From the NCBI RefSeq assembly GCF_017876815.1, contig NZ_JAGIOS010000001.1:3330001-3362000 (forward strand): DNA of 32,000 nt. The letters are read 5' to 3'. A program made the position numbers and the translations under genes. The notes under the pieces are model-generated. The model was given only the letters and a program-made list of their open reading frames with translations. It did not search any database and was not told the origin of the DNA. Below, piece by piece: positions 1 through 10,198 of the stretch; the first letter of the stretch is position 1, and every line of letters starts with the position of its first letter. The DNA is from Sinorhizobium meliloti. Its GTDB lineage: Bacteria > Pseudomonadota > Alphaproteobacteria > Rhizobiales > Rhizobiaceae.

Positions 1-2
1 TG

Positions 3-380
3 GCCGCAAGAAACGCATCGGACGCGGAAATCGCGGGGATGATGCGGCTCGCCGTCGCCATGGGCGAGGCGAGTCACACCCCCGAGAGTCTCGCCGTAGC
101 GGACCTCAAGTTTCATCTCTCCGTCATCGAAGCGTCCGGCAATCCCTTTCTGCGTACCGTCGGCGGCTTGATCGAGGCAGCCCTTGTGGGCGTCTTCAAG
201 CTCAGTTCGCCGACCGCCGAGAAAGGCGGTATCGACGAGGTTGCGCGCAACCATATCCGCATCGTCGAGGCGATCGGCAAAAGGGACGAGGCGGCTGCAC
301 GCCTGGCGATGGAGCACGTGATCAAGGTGGGGCGTGCGCGTATCCGTCAGGCGCTGAGCGGAGGCAAGGCGAAGGCTTGA
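3..380 (+). CDS. GntR/FadR-family transcriptional regulator, C-terminal FCD-type effector domain (5' end lies outside the window)
   Basis: The frame is open from base 3 with no stop. The translation (LKFHLSVIEASGNPFL...ARNHIRIVEAIGKRDEAAARLAMEHV) has the all-helical FCD-domain pattern. Stop TGA at 378-380; a hairpin plus T-run follows. Confidence 0.75.
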   Translation, partial: AARNASDAEIAGMMRLAVAMGEASHTPESLAVADLKFHLSVIEASGNPFLRTVGGLIEAALVGVFKLSSPTAEKGGIDEVARNHIRIVEAIGKRDEAAARLAMEHVIKVGRARIRQALSGGKAKA

Positions 381-465
381 CCGGAACCTCGTCGCGCACC
401 TTAGCTCCTGCCGTGAAATCCTGCAGGTGACCTTGCCCGAACTTGCGGCTTAGCCTATCTGGGAT

Positions 466-493
466 GGGGGCAGTCGCGAGGCCGCCCCTTTTT
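466..493 (+). terminator. Candidate intrinsic terminator after the GntR-family gene
   Basis: GGGGGC...GCCCC stem (466-488) is followed directly by TTTTT (489-493), about 85 nt after the stop codon. Confidence 0.5.
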
Positions 494-512
494 CAACGGT
501 GAACCGGAGACT

Positions 513-1805
513 ATGTTCGAGCTTCTTGTCATTTTCCTTCTGCTTTTGATCAACGCTTTCTTCGCGTTGTCGGAAATGGCAATCGTCTCGGCAAGCAAAC
601 CGCTGCTTCGTCAGATGGTGAAGCAGGGCAACCGGCGCGCGGAGGCCGCGCTCAAGCTCGCCGAGGACCCGGGCAAGTTCCTGTCGACGGTACAGGTCGG
701 CATCACCCTTGTCGGCATCCTCGCCGGCGCCTATGGCGGCGCGACGATCGCTGCCAAGATTGCGCCGTTCCTGAACGACATCGGCTGGATCAGCCCTTAC
801 GGCGACACGATCGCGGTCGCACTGGTCGTCACGCTGATTACATTTCTGTCGGTGGTCATCGGCGAGCTCATCCCCAAGCAGCTGGCGCTCCGAAATCCCG
901 AAGGGCTGGCCATGTTCGTCGCCGGTCCGATGGCGCTGCTTTCGCGTATCGTGGCGCCGGTCGTCTATATTTTCGAAACGGCGGCCTCTATCGCGATGCG
1001 GCTCATGGGCATGAGGCCGGAAGATTCCGATCGGGTCACCGAAGAGGAAGTGCAGGCCATCATGGCGGAAGGCGTCGAAAGCGGCGCCATCGAGAAGAGC
1101 GAGCACGAGATGCTGCGGCGAATCATCCGCCTCGGCGACCGCAACGTCAAATCGATCATGACACACCGTACAGAGGTGAGTTTCATCGACGTTCACGACA
1201 GCCTGGAGACGATCGGGCAGAAGATCCGGCAGTTCGGCCACTCGCGTTATCCGGTGATCGACGGCCCGTCGGGTGATGTCATTGGCGCGGTCCTTGCCAA
1301 GGAGATATTGAATGTTGCGCCGGCCGCGCCTTTCAACATCCGCGATTATGTCCGCGAAATTCTTACCCTGCCGGAGACGGCCTCCTGTCTGAAGGCGCTC
1401 GAAGCCTTCAAGTCGTCCAGTATCAATATGGCGATGATCGTCGACGAGTACGGGAGCACGGAGGGGATCATCACCACCGCCGACATCCTTGAGGCGATCG
1501 TCGGCGTCATCCCTTCGAATTATGATAATTCGGAGCACGCCCTCATTCGCCAGCGCGACGATGGCAGCTATCTCGTAGACGGACGGACGCCGATCGATGA
1601 AATCCACCTCCAGATCGGCATCGATGGAATCGACGCGGACGGCGATTTCGAAACCATAGCCGGCTTCCTGGTGCAGCAGTTGCGCAAGACTCCGGAGGAG
1701 GGCGACACCGCCGAGGCGCACGGCTATCGCTTCGAGGTGATCGACATGGACGGCCGACGCATCGACAAGATCCTCGTCAGCCGGGCCGGTGAGGCACTCT
1801 CATGA
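513..1805 (+). CDS. HlyC/CorC (CNNM/TlyC-like) family transporter: DUF21 membrane domain, CBS pair and CorC_HlyC C-terminal domain
   Basis: 430 aa. N-terminal hydrophobic DUF21-like helices (LLLLINAFFALSEMAIVSA), a central CBS-pair region (VKSIMTHRTEV...HSRYPV...MAMIVDEYGSTEGIIT) and a C-terminal transporter-associated domain (DGSYLVDGRTPIDE...FETIAGF). GGAG lies 5 nt upstream of the ATG. Confidence 0.9.
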   Translation: MFELLVIFLLLLINAFFALSEMAIVSASKPLLRQMVKQGNRRAEAALKLAEDPGKFLSTVQVGITLVGILAGAYGGATIAAKIAPFLNDIGWISPYGDTIAVALVVTLITFLSVVIGELIPKQLALRNPEGLAMFVAGPMALLSRIVAPVVYIFETAASIAMRLMGMRPEDSDRVTEEEVQAIMAEGVESGAIEKSEHEMLRRIIRLGDRNVKSIMTHRTEVSFIDVHDSLETIGQKIRQFGHSRYPVIDGPSGDVIGAVLAKEILNVAPAAPFNIRDYVREILTLPETASCLKALEAFKSSSINMAMIVDEYGSTEGIITTADILEAIVGVIPSNYDNSEHALIRQRDDGSYLVDGRTPIDEIHLQIGIDGIDADGDFETIAGFLVQQLRKTPEEGDTAEAHGYRFEVIDMDGRRIDKILVSRAGEALS

Positions 1806-1889
1806 CGCGGGTTTCCGCGACATTCCGCCTCTCAACTCATCAGAATCGATCACATTCATGATTTCAGGTCGATCCGACCTAAAATCACC

Positions 1890-2522
1890 GTGATCCGCCT
1901 GGAAGTAGTCCAGGATGGATGCGCGCAGGCGATGCAGATGGCAGCGAAGGCGGAGAATCGTAACGGACGCGGGAGACTCTGGAGGAGAGCGGCGTGGGGC
2001 GCGGCCGCAGCGCTTATGCTGCTGCCCTTGCTGGCGATGCAAGTCACGGAGGAAGTGGCCTGGGATGTCGCCGATTTCGCTATCTTCGCAGCCATGCTGA
2101 TCTCCGCAGGCGGCGTCTACGAGTTGTCAGCGAGGTTCTCGGCCAGCAGCGCATACCGCGCCGCCATCGGCCTTGCGCTCGCGACAGCATTCCTCCTGAC
2201 GTGGGTGAATCTCGCGGTCGGCATCGTCGGGACCGAGGATGACCCCGCCAATCTCCTCTGTGGCGGCGTGCTGGCGGTCGGCATCATCAGCGCCTTCATT
2301 GCGCGCTTCCGGCCGGCCGGAATGGCACGTGCTTTCTTCGCAACGGCGCTCGCGCAGGCGCTGGTCGCCGCGGTCGCGGTGGCCGCAGGAATGGGTTACC
2401 CGGCAAGTCCGCCGCTGGAGATCCTTGCCGTCAATGCCTTGTTCGCAATGCTCTGGCTCGCATCGGCTTCGTTGTTTCGGAAAGCGGCGCGGGAAAAAAC
2501 TCCCGCCGGCAGGGCGCCGTAG
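1890..2522 (+). CDS. Hypothetical polytopic inner-membrane protein (start uncertain: GTG 1890, ATG 1932 or ATG 1938)
   Basis: Strong G/C third-position bias in this frame. Five to six hydrophobic helices (AAAALMLLPLLA, FAIFAAMLISAGGV, IGLALATAFLLTWVNLAV, GVLAVGIISAFIA, ALVAAVAVAAG, LFAMLWLASASL). No family recognised. Confidence 0.6.
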   Translation: MIRLEVVQDGCAQAMQMAAKAENRNGRGRLWRRAAWGAAAALMLLPLLAMQVTEEVAWDVADFAIFAAMLISAGGVYELSARFSASSAYRAAIGLALATAFLLTWVNLAVGIVGTEDDPANLLCGGVLAVGIISAFIARFRPAGMARAFFATALAQALVAAVAVAAGMGYPASPPLEILAVNALFAMLWLASASLFRKAAREKTPAGRAP

Positions 2523-2580
2523 CTCAGCTCTCCAGCCTTTTTCGCCGATCGCTGATCGTTTTCGCCACCGCGACGTCAAG

Positions 2581-3801
2581 TCAGGCGGGATCTCTGAGCC
2601 TGAAAACGCTGCATGCCTCTCCGCTCGCGGCTTCGGGAGCACCCGGTCGCCGCACGATCAGCCCATCGGATTGCGCGAAAATGCTGACCATGGACGAATC
2701 CTGGCGCGGGAAGGGATGCGCTACGAGCGAACCGTCCGCCTCGAGCGTGAGGCGGGCACGTATATAATCCTGGCGCCGGTCATTGGCCGGCAGCGTTGCG
2801 GCGAGCCGTGCATCGACCAGTCTCGAACGGGGCGGCAGATGCGCAAGCTTGCGCGTCAGAGGTTCGAGGAAGAGCAGGGCGCAGACGAGGCTCGAAACGG
2901 GGTTTCCCGGAAGGCCGAGCACCGTGACGCCGTCGAGATCCCCGACCATCAGCGGTTTTCCCGGTCGCATGGCGATGCGCCAGAAATCAAGCGTCATGCC
3001 GCAGCCGAGAAGCGTCGACTGGACGAGATCGTGATCGCCGACCGAAGCTCCTCCGAGGGTGACGAGCACGTCCACCTGGGCTGCCTGTGCCTTGGCGACG
3101 GCGCCGGCGATCGCTGTCCGATCGTCGCCGACGATGCCGAGATCAAGAACTTCGGCCCCGTTGTCGCGGGCAACCGCAGCGATCCCGAAACTGTTCGAAG
3201 CGATGATCTGGTCGGGGCCAAGGGAACTTCCCGGCGGCAACAATTCGTCGCCCGTGGCGATGATTGCGATTTTCGGTCGCGCGAAAACCGGCAGCTCCCG
3301 ATGATTCATGCCGGCCGCGAGCGTCAGGCGGCCGGCGTCGAGTGCGCTGCCGGCGGAAAGCGCGACGTCACCCGCCAGGAAATCCTGGCCCGCCAAACGG
3401 ATGTGGCGGCCCTTTGCCGGCGCAAACAGGGTGCGGATGCGTCCGTCCGGCAGTTTTTCCGTGTCTTCCTGAATGATGACGGTATCGGCGCCTGCAGGTA
3501 CCGGCGCGCCGGTGAAGATGCGTACGGCCTCCCCGCCCTTCACGCCGCCGCGAAAACGGCGTCCTGCGGCGGACTCGCCGACAACGGAGAGCTCCGCTCC
3601 GACTTCGGCGATATCCTCGTGGCGGACGGCATAACCATCCATCGCGGAATTGTCGAAAGGGGGGTGGGTCAGCTTGGCCGCTACGTTCTCGGCAAGCACC
3701 CGTCCGAGGCATTCATGCAGCGCAAGGCGCTCCGTCCGTCGCAGCGGATTGGCCCTGGCCAAAATTCTCTGTAGTGCTTCCTCGACCGAAAGAAGCGACA
3801 T
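2581..3801 (-). CDS. moeA: Molybdopterin molybdenumtransferase MoeA
   Basis: 406 aa. Typical MoeA features: N-terminal SVEEAL..IL, PPFDNSAMDGYAV, RIFTGAPVPAGADTVI, ATGDEL, PDQIIASNS, TLGGASVGDHD, PGKP, GLPGNPVS. Its start codon overlaps the moaC stop by 1 nt (TGATG). Confidence 0.93.
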   Translation of the reverse strand: MSLLSVEEALQRILARANPLRRTERLALHECLGRVLAENVAAKLTHPPFDNSAMDGYAVRHEDIAEVGAELSVVGESAAGRRFRGGVKGGEAVRIFTGAPVPAGADTVIIQEDTEKLPDGRIRTLFAPAKGRHIRLAGQDFLAGDVALSAGSALDAGRLTLAAGMNHRELPVFARPKIAIIATGDELLPPGSSLGPDQIIASNSFGIAAVARDNGAEVLDLGIVGDDRTAIAGAVAKAQAAQVDVLVTLGGASVGDHDLVQSTLLGCGMTLDFWRIAMRPGKPLMVGDLDGVTVLGLPGNPVSSLVCALLFLEPLTRKLAHLPPRSRLVDARLAATLPANDRRQDYIRARLTLEADGSLVAHPFPRQDSSMVSIFAQSDGLIVRRPGAPEAASGEACSVFRLRDPA

Positions 3802-4298
3802 CAGCGCATCTCTCCCGCGCGGTGATAATCGCCGGAGCGCCCGCCCGACTTGCTGACCAGCCGCACGCCGCCGATTTCCATTTCCCGGTCAGCGGCCTTG
3901 GCCATGTCGTATATCGTCAGGCAGGCGACGCTGACGGCAGTCAACGCCTCCATTTCGACACCCGTCCGTCCGGTCAGCTTCGCCATTGCCTCGACGCGCA
4001 AACCGGGAAGGGCGTCGTCCGGCGTGATATCGACGGACACTTTCGTCAGCATCAAGGGATGGCAGAGCGGAATGAGGCTGGATGTCTGCTTGGCGGCCAT
4101 GATGCCTGCGAGCCGTGCGGTCGCGATAACGTCGCCCTTCTTGGCATTGCCTTGGCGAATCAGAGCCAGCGTCTCCGGCTTCATCCTGACGAAGCCCTCC
4201 GCGACAGCGACACGGACCGTCTCGGCCTTGTCGCCGACATCGACCATGCTGGCTTCGCCGGCGCTGTCGATATGGGTGAGGGCCGGCCCGCTCATCAC
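3801..4298 (-). CDS. moaC: Cyclic pyranopterin monophosphate synthase MoaC
   Basis: 165 aa with [41 protein letters not shown] and [24 protein letters not shown] overlap with the trpC stop (4295-4298). Confidence 0.95.
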
Positions 4299-5110
4299 TC
4301 TGCCGCCATGATGCTTGCCGAGCCGGTCAGCAGCGCACGCGTCGCCGCCTCTACGTCGTCCTTCCTCATCAGGCTTTCACCGACCAGGAAGGTGGTAATC
4401 CCGCTCTTCTCTAGGCGCCGGCAGTCTTCGTGCGTGAATACGCCGCTTTCGCCGACCAGGAGACGGTCTGCGGAAACCATTGCCGCGAGCCTTTCGGAGA
4501 CGGCGAGATCGACCTCGAACGTCCTGAGATTGCGGTTGTTGATCCCGACGAGCGGAGATGACAGGCGAAGTGCTCGTTCCATCTCTTCCGCGTCGTGTAC
4601 TTCGACGAGGACATCCATGCCGAGTGCAAATGCGGCTTCTTCCAGCCGGCGCGCATCATTGTCGCCAAGCGAGGCCATGATCAGCAGAATGCAATCGGCG
4701 CCCCAGGCGCGCGCTTCGAAAACCTGATAGGTGTCGAACATGAAGTCCTTGCGCAGAGCCGGGAGCGGGCAGGCCTCGCGTGCCTTCGTCAGGAACTCCG
4801 GCGCACCCTGGAAGCTCGGCGCGTCGGTAAGGACGGAGAGGCAGGCGGCGCCGCCCGCGGCATAGGCCTTCGCCAGTTCCGGAGGATCGAAATCCGGGCG
4901 GATCAAACCCTTCGAGGGGCTCGCCTTCTTGATTTCGGCGATCAGCCCGAACTCGCCTTTGTCCCGCCGGGCCGCAAGCGCGGCGTGGAAACCGCGCGGC
5001 GCGGACTGATCGGCGGCCCGCGCCTTCAACTCTTCGAGCGGAACGCGCGCTTTCGCGGCGGCGATCTCCTCTCGCTTATAGGCTTCGATGCGGCGCAGGA
5101 TATCCGTCAT
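4295..5110 (-). CDS. trpC: Indole-3-glycerol phosphate synthase TrpC
   Basis: 271 aa. [31 protein letters not shown]...F.G, RKDF, QV.EARA.GAD.ILLI, VEVH, INNRNL.TF. Confidence 0.95.
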
Positions 5111-5119
5111 GTCTTCTCC

Positions 5120-6133
5120 TCAAGCCGCGTTCGAGACGGTGATCAACCGCTGCAAGGCGACCTTGGCGCCGCCGCTCGAAAGCGATTGCCGGGCCAGCGC
5201 CATGCCTTCGGACAGGTCGCCGGCGCGCCCTGCTATCATCAACGAAGCGGCGGCATTCGCAAGGGAAATGTCCCGGTAGGCATTTTCCGCACCGTCGAGA
5301 ACGGCCTGCAACGCAGCGGCATTATGGGCTCCGTCTCCGCCCTTCAAGGCATCGAGCGACACCCGTTCGAGGCCGAAATCGGCGGGCGTCAGCTCGAAGT
5401 TGGTGATCGTGCCGTCCTTGAGCGCGGCCACTTTGGTCACGCCGGTCGTGGTGATCTCGTCGAGCCCTTCGCCATGCACGACCCAGACGCTTTCCGAACC
5501 CAGATCGCGGAGCACTTCCGCGAGCGGGTCGACCCATTGCGGCGCGTAGACACCGACGAGTTGCTGCCTGACGCCGGCCGGGTTGGCGAGGGGGCCGAGC
5601 AGATTGAAGATGGTCCTCGTTCCGAGTTCCACCCGCGTCGGACCGACGTGGCGCATGGCCGAATGGTGCTGCTGGGCGAACATGAAGCCGAGACCGGCCT
5701 CGGCAATGCAGCGCGAGATCACCGCAGGCCCGATATCGAGATTGACCCCGAGGCACGAGAGCGCATCGGCCGTTCCGGACTTCGAGCTGAGCGCACGGTT
5801 GCCATGCTTGGCGACCGGTACACCGGCACCCGCGACAATCAGCGCGGCCAGCGTCGAAATGTTGTAGGTACCGGCACCGTCGCCGCCGGTGCCGACGATG
5901 TCGATCGCACCGTCGGGCGCTTCCACGGGCAACATGCGTGCGCGCATCGCGCCGACCGCACCCACGATCTCGTCGACCGTTTCGCCGCGCACCCGAAGCG
6001 CCATCAGAAAACCGCCGATCTGCGATGGCGTGGCGGCTCCGGACATGATGATCTCGAAGGCCGCGCGCGCATCTTCGCGACTCAGTGCCTCGCGCGCTGC
6101 GACTTTGGCGACGAACGGCTTCAAATCACTCAT
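5120..6133 (-). CDS. trpD: Anthranilate phosphoribosyltransferase TrpD
   Basis: 337 aa. [52 protein letters not shown]. Confidence 0.95.
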   Translation of the reverse strand: MSDLKPFVAKVAAREALSREDARAAFEIIMSGAATPSQIGGFLMALRVRGETVDEIVGAVGAMRARMLPVEAPDGAIDIVGTGGDGAGTYNISTLAALIVAGAGVPVAKHGNRALSSKSGTADALSCLGVNLDIGPAVISRCIAEAGLGFMFAQQHHSAMRHVGPTRVELGTRTIFNLLGPLANPAGVRQQLVGVYAPQWVDPLAEVLRDLGSESVWVVHGEGLDEITTTGVTKVAALKDGTITNFELTPADFGLERVSLDALKGGDGAHNAAALQAVLDGAENAYRDISLANAAASLMIAGRAGDLSEGMALARQSLSSGGAKVALQRLITVSNAA

Positions 6134-6151
6134 GAGTTCGCTTCTCCGTCG

Positions 6152-8044
6152 TCACCGTTGCGCCAGTGCCGTTTCGGCAAGCGACTGGTTGATCGAAACG
6201 CCATAGGCAGTTTGCAATGTGGAGACCATCTGATCCAGGATGTCGTCGCCGCTCGCGCGCGCAATCGCTTCGATCTGGCTGCTGTCGTTGTCGAGGGCGT
6301 CCGCAGGCGCCTTCTCTTCGACCGCCGTAACCTGCATGAGCACCTGGCCGTCGCCGCCGATCCCCGGGGCGTTGGCGACGTGGCCGTTCGGACCGGCGAA
6401 GGCCGCGATCACCGCGGCAGGGCTCAGGGTCGCATCGTTGGTCGCGCGGGTCAGCCCGGTCTTGCTCTCGACGACAAGGCCGAGTTCGCTTGCGATATCG
6501 GCGAGCTTGGCGCCCTTTTCGATACGTTCCTTGAGTTCCTTGGCCTTGGCGGCCAGTGCCGCGCGCTGCTGTTCCGCGGTCCAGTCGGCGGCCACTTCGT
6601 CGCGAACTTCGTCAAGCGTCCGGTCCCGGGCCGGAATGATCTCCTCGACGTCGAACCATGCGGAGCCGTCCCGCCCGATATTGACGGCAAGCGTATCCGT
6701 TCCGACATCGGCCTTGAAGACTTCCTGGAGAAGGGCGCGCGGTTCCGGAAGATCCTTCACTTCGTCGCCGTTCTGATCCTTGCCGGAAGCGTCGACGGCG
6801 TCGACCGTGACGAGCTTGAGCTTCAGCTGTTCGGCGATCTCCTTTACGGACACGCCGCCGGCGCGTTCGTCTTCGATCTTGTCATGAAGACCGACGAGCT
6901 GCTCGCGCGCGGCGTCGAGGGCGATTTCCTTGCGCAATTCTTCCTTGACTTCGTCAAAGCTGCGAACGGCATCGGGCCGGATGTTGGTTACGCGCAGGAT
7001 GACCGGGCCGAATGCACCTTCGACGACGGGCGTGGTGCCGCCATCCTGGGCAACGGCAAAGGCTGCGTCGGCAATCTTTGCGTCCGGCATGCGCTCCTTG
7101 GTGAAGTCGCCGAGGAGTACATCTGCCGACGTCTTGCCCTCGGCCTTGACCAGATCGTCGAAGGAGGTGCCGGCGGCAAGCTTGGCGGCCGCGGCGTCGG
7201 CGGCCTCGCGCGACGGGAAGGTGAGCTGCTCGACCGTTCTGGTTGCCGGCGTGCGGTAGCTCTCCTTGCGCTTCTCATAATCGGCGCGAAGCTCTTCCGA
7301 GGTCACGGCGTCCGGTGCGGCCAGGTCCTCGGGCTCCAGCTTGATGTAGCTGATCTTGCGGTATTCCGGAGCGCGATAGTTCGCCTTGCGGCTTTCGAAC
7401 CAAGGCGCGAGAACGTCGTCGCCCGGCGTTTTGACCGCGTCGATATTTGCGTTGGAGAGCAGAAGATAGTCAATCGTGCGCGTCTCGTGGCGGTACTTGC
7501 CAATGGCGTCGACGAGTACCTTGGGCGCCGTGTAACCGTCCGTGAGCGCATCGACGATCTGCGATCGAACCGCGACCTGGCTGCGGTTGTTGATGTAATC
7601 CTGCTCGGTCAGACCGGCATTGCGCAGCACGCTCGAAAATGTCAGACGGTCGAACTGCCCGTTGGCGCCGTGGAAGGCCGGGTCTTCGCCGATCAGCCGC
7701 GCAAGCCTGTCTTCCGAAAGACCGAGATTCATGTCGGTAGCGAGCTGGTCGAGTGCAGCACCCGCGACGAGCTGGGCGTAGACCTGGTTCTCGACCCCGA
7801 AGGCTTGGGCCTGCTGGCGCGACAAAGGCGTACCGAGCTGGCGCGAGAGCAGGGCGACCTGCCGTTCGTAAGCCAGGCGAAAGTCGCTCGCCGACACCTT
7901 GACGTCGCCGACGGTGACCACCGCGTTGGGCGTGTTTGGCACCATCAATGTCTGACCGCCCCACACCATGAATGAGAGGATGAGAAGGGCCAGCAGGCCT
8001 TTGACGACCCGCGTCTGGGCAGCGTTTCTCAGGGAGTCGAGCAT
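6152..8044 (-). CDS. ppiD: Periplasmic chaperone / peptidyl-prolyl isomerase PpiD-like (SurA_N domain, membrane-anchored)
   Basis: 630 aa. Single N-terminal anchor helix (VVKGLLALLILSFMVWG) followed by a long soluble region with PpiD-like organisation. Lies 18 nt upstream of trpD on the same strand. Confidence 0.75.
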   Translation of the reverse strand: MLDSLRNAAQTRVVKGLLALLILSFMVWGGQTLMVPNTPNAVVTVGDVKVSASDFRLAYERQVALLSRQLGTPLSRQQAQAFGVENQVYAQLVAGAALDQLATDMNLGLSEDRLARLIGEDPAFHGANGQFDRLTFSSVLRNAGLTEQDYINNRSQVAVRSQIVDALTDGYTAPKVLVDAIGKYRHETRTIDYLLLSNANIDAVKTPGDDVLAPWFESRKANYRAPEYRKISYIKLEPEDLAAPDAVTSEELRADYEKRKESYRTPATRTVEQLTFPSREAADAAAAKLAAGTSFDDLVKAEGKTSADVLLGDFTKERMPDAKIADAAFAVAQDGGTTPVVEGAFGPVILRVTNIRPDAVRSFDEVKEELRKEIALDAAREQLVGLHDKIEDERAGGVSVKEIAEQLKLKLVTVDAVDASGKDQNGDEVKDLPEPRALLQEVFKADVGTDTLAVNIGRDGSAWFDVEEIIPARDRTLDEVRDEVAADWTAEQQRAALAAKAKELKERIEKGAKLADIASELGLVVESKTGLTRATNDATLSPAAVIAAFAGPNGHVANAPGIGGDGQVLMQVTAVEEKAPADALDNDSSQIEAIARASGDDILDQMVSTLQTAYGVSINQSLAETALAQR

Positions 8045-8396
8045 GGGGGCAGAAAACCTCGTTGGGATGCGCTGGCATTACGCCGAATGAATTCGTTCCT
8101 TAGAACAAACCAGAGAGGAATTGAAGGCCGGTTCGTCGCAAATTGCGGCCGGCGGAGTTGAACTTGCCAACCCGTCGCCATGGCCGCGCGCCTCAGGGCT
8201 CCCGGGGCATTCAAGAGCAAAGGCCGCAAAAGGCGCTAACGACGAAGGCAATGTCGGAATTCGTTAGCCGGCAACTTAAAGCGCGCTGCAAATTAAGCGT
8301 TGGAAGCGCGTCCCGCTGTGGCAAACTGATGGGAATCGTTTCTTCGATACTCGACCGGGACTTTCGATCCGCCGGCCATTACGGGAAATCACCTCC

Positions 8397-10043
8397 ATGC
8401 AGTCCACGATCGTGATGGTCAATCTCTTCGGTGCAGTGGCGCTGCTGCTCTTCGGCCTTTCGCTGGTCAAGGACGGGGTGACGCGTGCCTTCGGGGCGCG
8501 GCTGCGGGCAGCTCTTGCGCGCGGAACGAACGGTCCCTTCCGGGCTTTTTTGACGGGGCTCGTCGCAACGCTCGGGCTCCAGAGTTCGACGGCCACGGCA
8601 CTCATGACGGCCTCTTTCGTCGAGAAGGGGCTGATCCGTTCGCAGATGGCGCAGATCGTGCTGCTGGGCGCCAATGTCGGCACCGCGATGACGGCCTGGA
8701 TCGTCGCACTCGGCATCGGATGGCTTTCGCCGCTGCTCATCCTCGCAGGCGTGGCCACGCACCGCCTGAGCCGGTCGAGCGCGCGCCAGGGCGCCGGCTA
8801 TGCGCTCGTGGGCATCGGTCTGATGCTTTTGTCGCTAGAGCTGCTCGGCGCAGCGACCGAGCCGATGCGCCAATCCCAGGCTCTGGGAGCATTTCTCGGA
8901 ATGCTCGACAACGCCTTGCCCGTGGCGATGATCATTGCGGCCGGTCTTGCCTTTGCGTCATCGTCCAGCCTCGCCGTCGTCATGCTGGTGCTGTCGCTTT
9001 CATCCGCGGGCGTGCTTTCTCCCGTATTGACGGTCGCGCTCGTGCTCGGTGCCAATCTCGGTGGCGCAATCCCGCCGGTCATCACCACGCTCGGCTCGCC
9101 GCCCGCCGCCCGCCGGGTCACGCTGGGCAACCTCGTGGTGCGCGGCATCGGCTGTCTCATCGCCCTTCCGGCGGTTGGCGCCAGCGCCGACTTCCTGCAG
9201 AGCCTGCCGCTGCCGCGCCAGAACCTGCCCGTCGACGTGCACCTGCTTTTCAATCTGCTCCTGGCGATGGTTGCCTGGCCGTTCGCGGGGTTGCTCGCCC
9301 GCACCATGAACCGCTTCTTCCCCGACGACGAAGCGACGGAGACCGGGCCGCGCTACCTCGATGAGGCGGCGCTCGATACACCGGTCATGGCCCTTTCCGG
9401 AGCCACGCGAGAGGTCCTGAGGGTGGGCGACCTGATCGAGGTCATGCTGATGCGGGCCTCCGAAGCGTTCAGCAAGAATGACGTCAACGAACTGGGCGAC
9501 ATCGAGAACATCGAACGGCAGGTCGACCTCCTGCAGCAGGAGGTGAAAATCTTCCTTTCGCGGCTGGGGCGCGATGGCCTGAACGAGGAGGACGGGCGCC
9601 GCTCGATCGTGATCATCGACTATGCCATCAATCTCGAGCACATGGGCGACATCATCGAAAAAGGTCTCTGTGAACAGATCGCCAAGAAGGTGAGGGGCGG
9701 CTTGCGGTTCTCGGAGGACGGCTATCAGGAGCTGAAGGGGCTTTTCAACCTCACCATCGATAATCTGCGCATCGCACAGACCATCTTCGTCACGCGCAAC
9801 GCCGACCTGGCGCGTCATCTCATCGAGGTCAAGGTGGACGTGCGGCATATGGAAAAACGCTCCGCGGAGCGCCACCTGGAGCGGTTGCGCGATGGCCTTC
9901 TCGAAAGCCTGCAAACCAGTTCGCTGCACCTCGATATGCTGCGGGACCTGAAGCGCATCAACGCGCACATCGCCTCCGTCGCCTATCCCATTCTGGAGGA
10001 GAGCGGCCTGCTCACCGAAAGCCGGCTGCGGCCGCCGGGCTGA
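8397..10043 (+). CDS. Na/Pi cotransporter family protein with C-terminal PhoU-like domain
   Basis: 548 aa. Duplicated Na/Pi-cotransporter repeats (LFGLSLVKDGV...TGLVATLGLQSSTATALM; second copy AGLAFASSSSLAVVML...LGANLGGAI) and a C-terminal helical PhoU-like region (RQVDLLQQEVKIFLSRL...INLEHMGDIIEK...INAHIASVAY). Confidence 0.85.
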   Translation: MQSTIVMVNLFGAVALLLFGLSLVKDGVTRAFGARLRAALARGTNGPFRAFLTGLVATLGLQSSTATALMTASFVEKGLIRSQMAQIVLLGANVGTAMTAWIVALGIGWLSPLLILAGVATHRLSRSSARQGAGYALVGIGLMLLSLELLGAATEPMRQSQALGAFLGMLDNALPVAMIIAAGLAFASSSSLAVVMLVLSLSSAGVLSPVLTVALVLGANLGGAIPPVITTLGSPPAARRVTLGNLVVRGIGCLIALPAVGASADFLQSLPLPRQNLPVDVHLLFNLLLAMVAWPFAGLLARTMNRFFPDDEATETGPRYLDEAALDTPVMALSGATREVLRVGDLIEVMLMRASEAFSKNDVNELGDIENIERQVDLLQQEVKIFLSRLGRDGLNEEDGRRSIVIIDYAINLEHMGDIIEKGLCEQIAKKVRGGLRFSEDGYQELKGLFNLTIDNLRIAQTIFVTRNADLARHLIEVKVDVRHMEKRSAERHLERLRDGLLESLQTSSLHLDMLRDLKRINAHIASVAYPILEESGLLTESRLRPPG

Positions 10044-10198
10044 TATCATACGGTTTGAACCGGATTAACGCGACGTGATTGTGCGAATTATGGTTCTCGC
10101 AATATGTTGCTGATAGGAACGCGCAAAAAGCGCGCGGGCAGAGGCGCGAGACGCCGCGTCGAAGAAATGTCCCGAGAGGGTATCAAGGAGATCAGAGT

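Noticed and set aside
2516-2531. GCCGTAGCTCAGCT, resembling the 5' acceptor/D-arm of a tRNA
   Set aside because: No D-loop continuation, anticodon arm, T-loop (GGTTCGAATCC-like) or complementary 3' acceptor strand downstream. It overlaps the stop codon of the membrane-protein gene. Chance similarity.
450-3774. 423-aa minus-strand ORF (450-1721) and 511-aa plus-strand ORF (2239-3774)
   Set aside because: Antisense to the HlyC/CorC transporter and moeA genes. The same reasoning applies to 9000-10049 (-), 22928-24091 (+), 21522-22238 (+) and 25789-26601 (+).
4595-7975. 1126-aa plus-strand ORF, the largest in the window apart from mfd
   Set aside because: It lies entirely antisense to the well-supported trpC, trpD and ppiD genes. 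Its product is Arg/Gly/Asp/Leu-rich with no motifs. This is a classic stop-codon-poor shadow frame in high-GC DNA.
8089-8265. 9-nt direct repeat GAATTCGTT (8089-8097 and 8257-8265) and an 8-bp inverted repeat GCTAACGA/TCGTTAGC (8235-8268) in the ppiD / Na-Pi divergent region
   Set aside because: A single 9-mer recurrence within about 350 bp is expected by chance at roughly the 20% level. I found no Pho-box-like or other known operator pattern. It is noted only as a possible promoter-region feature.
10079-10198. N-terminal extensions proposed by the ORF track for glmU (TTG 10079), mfd (17146) and the arylsulfatase (26823)
   Set aside because: The extensions are Arg-rich and non-homologous and lack an SD. 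For mfd, the extension overlaps sdhE out of frame. Internal ATGs with good SDs (10199, 17389, 26712) give canonical N-termini.
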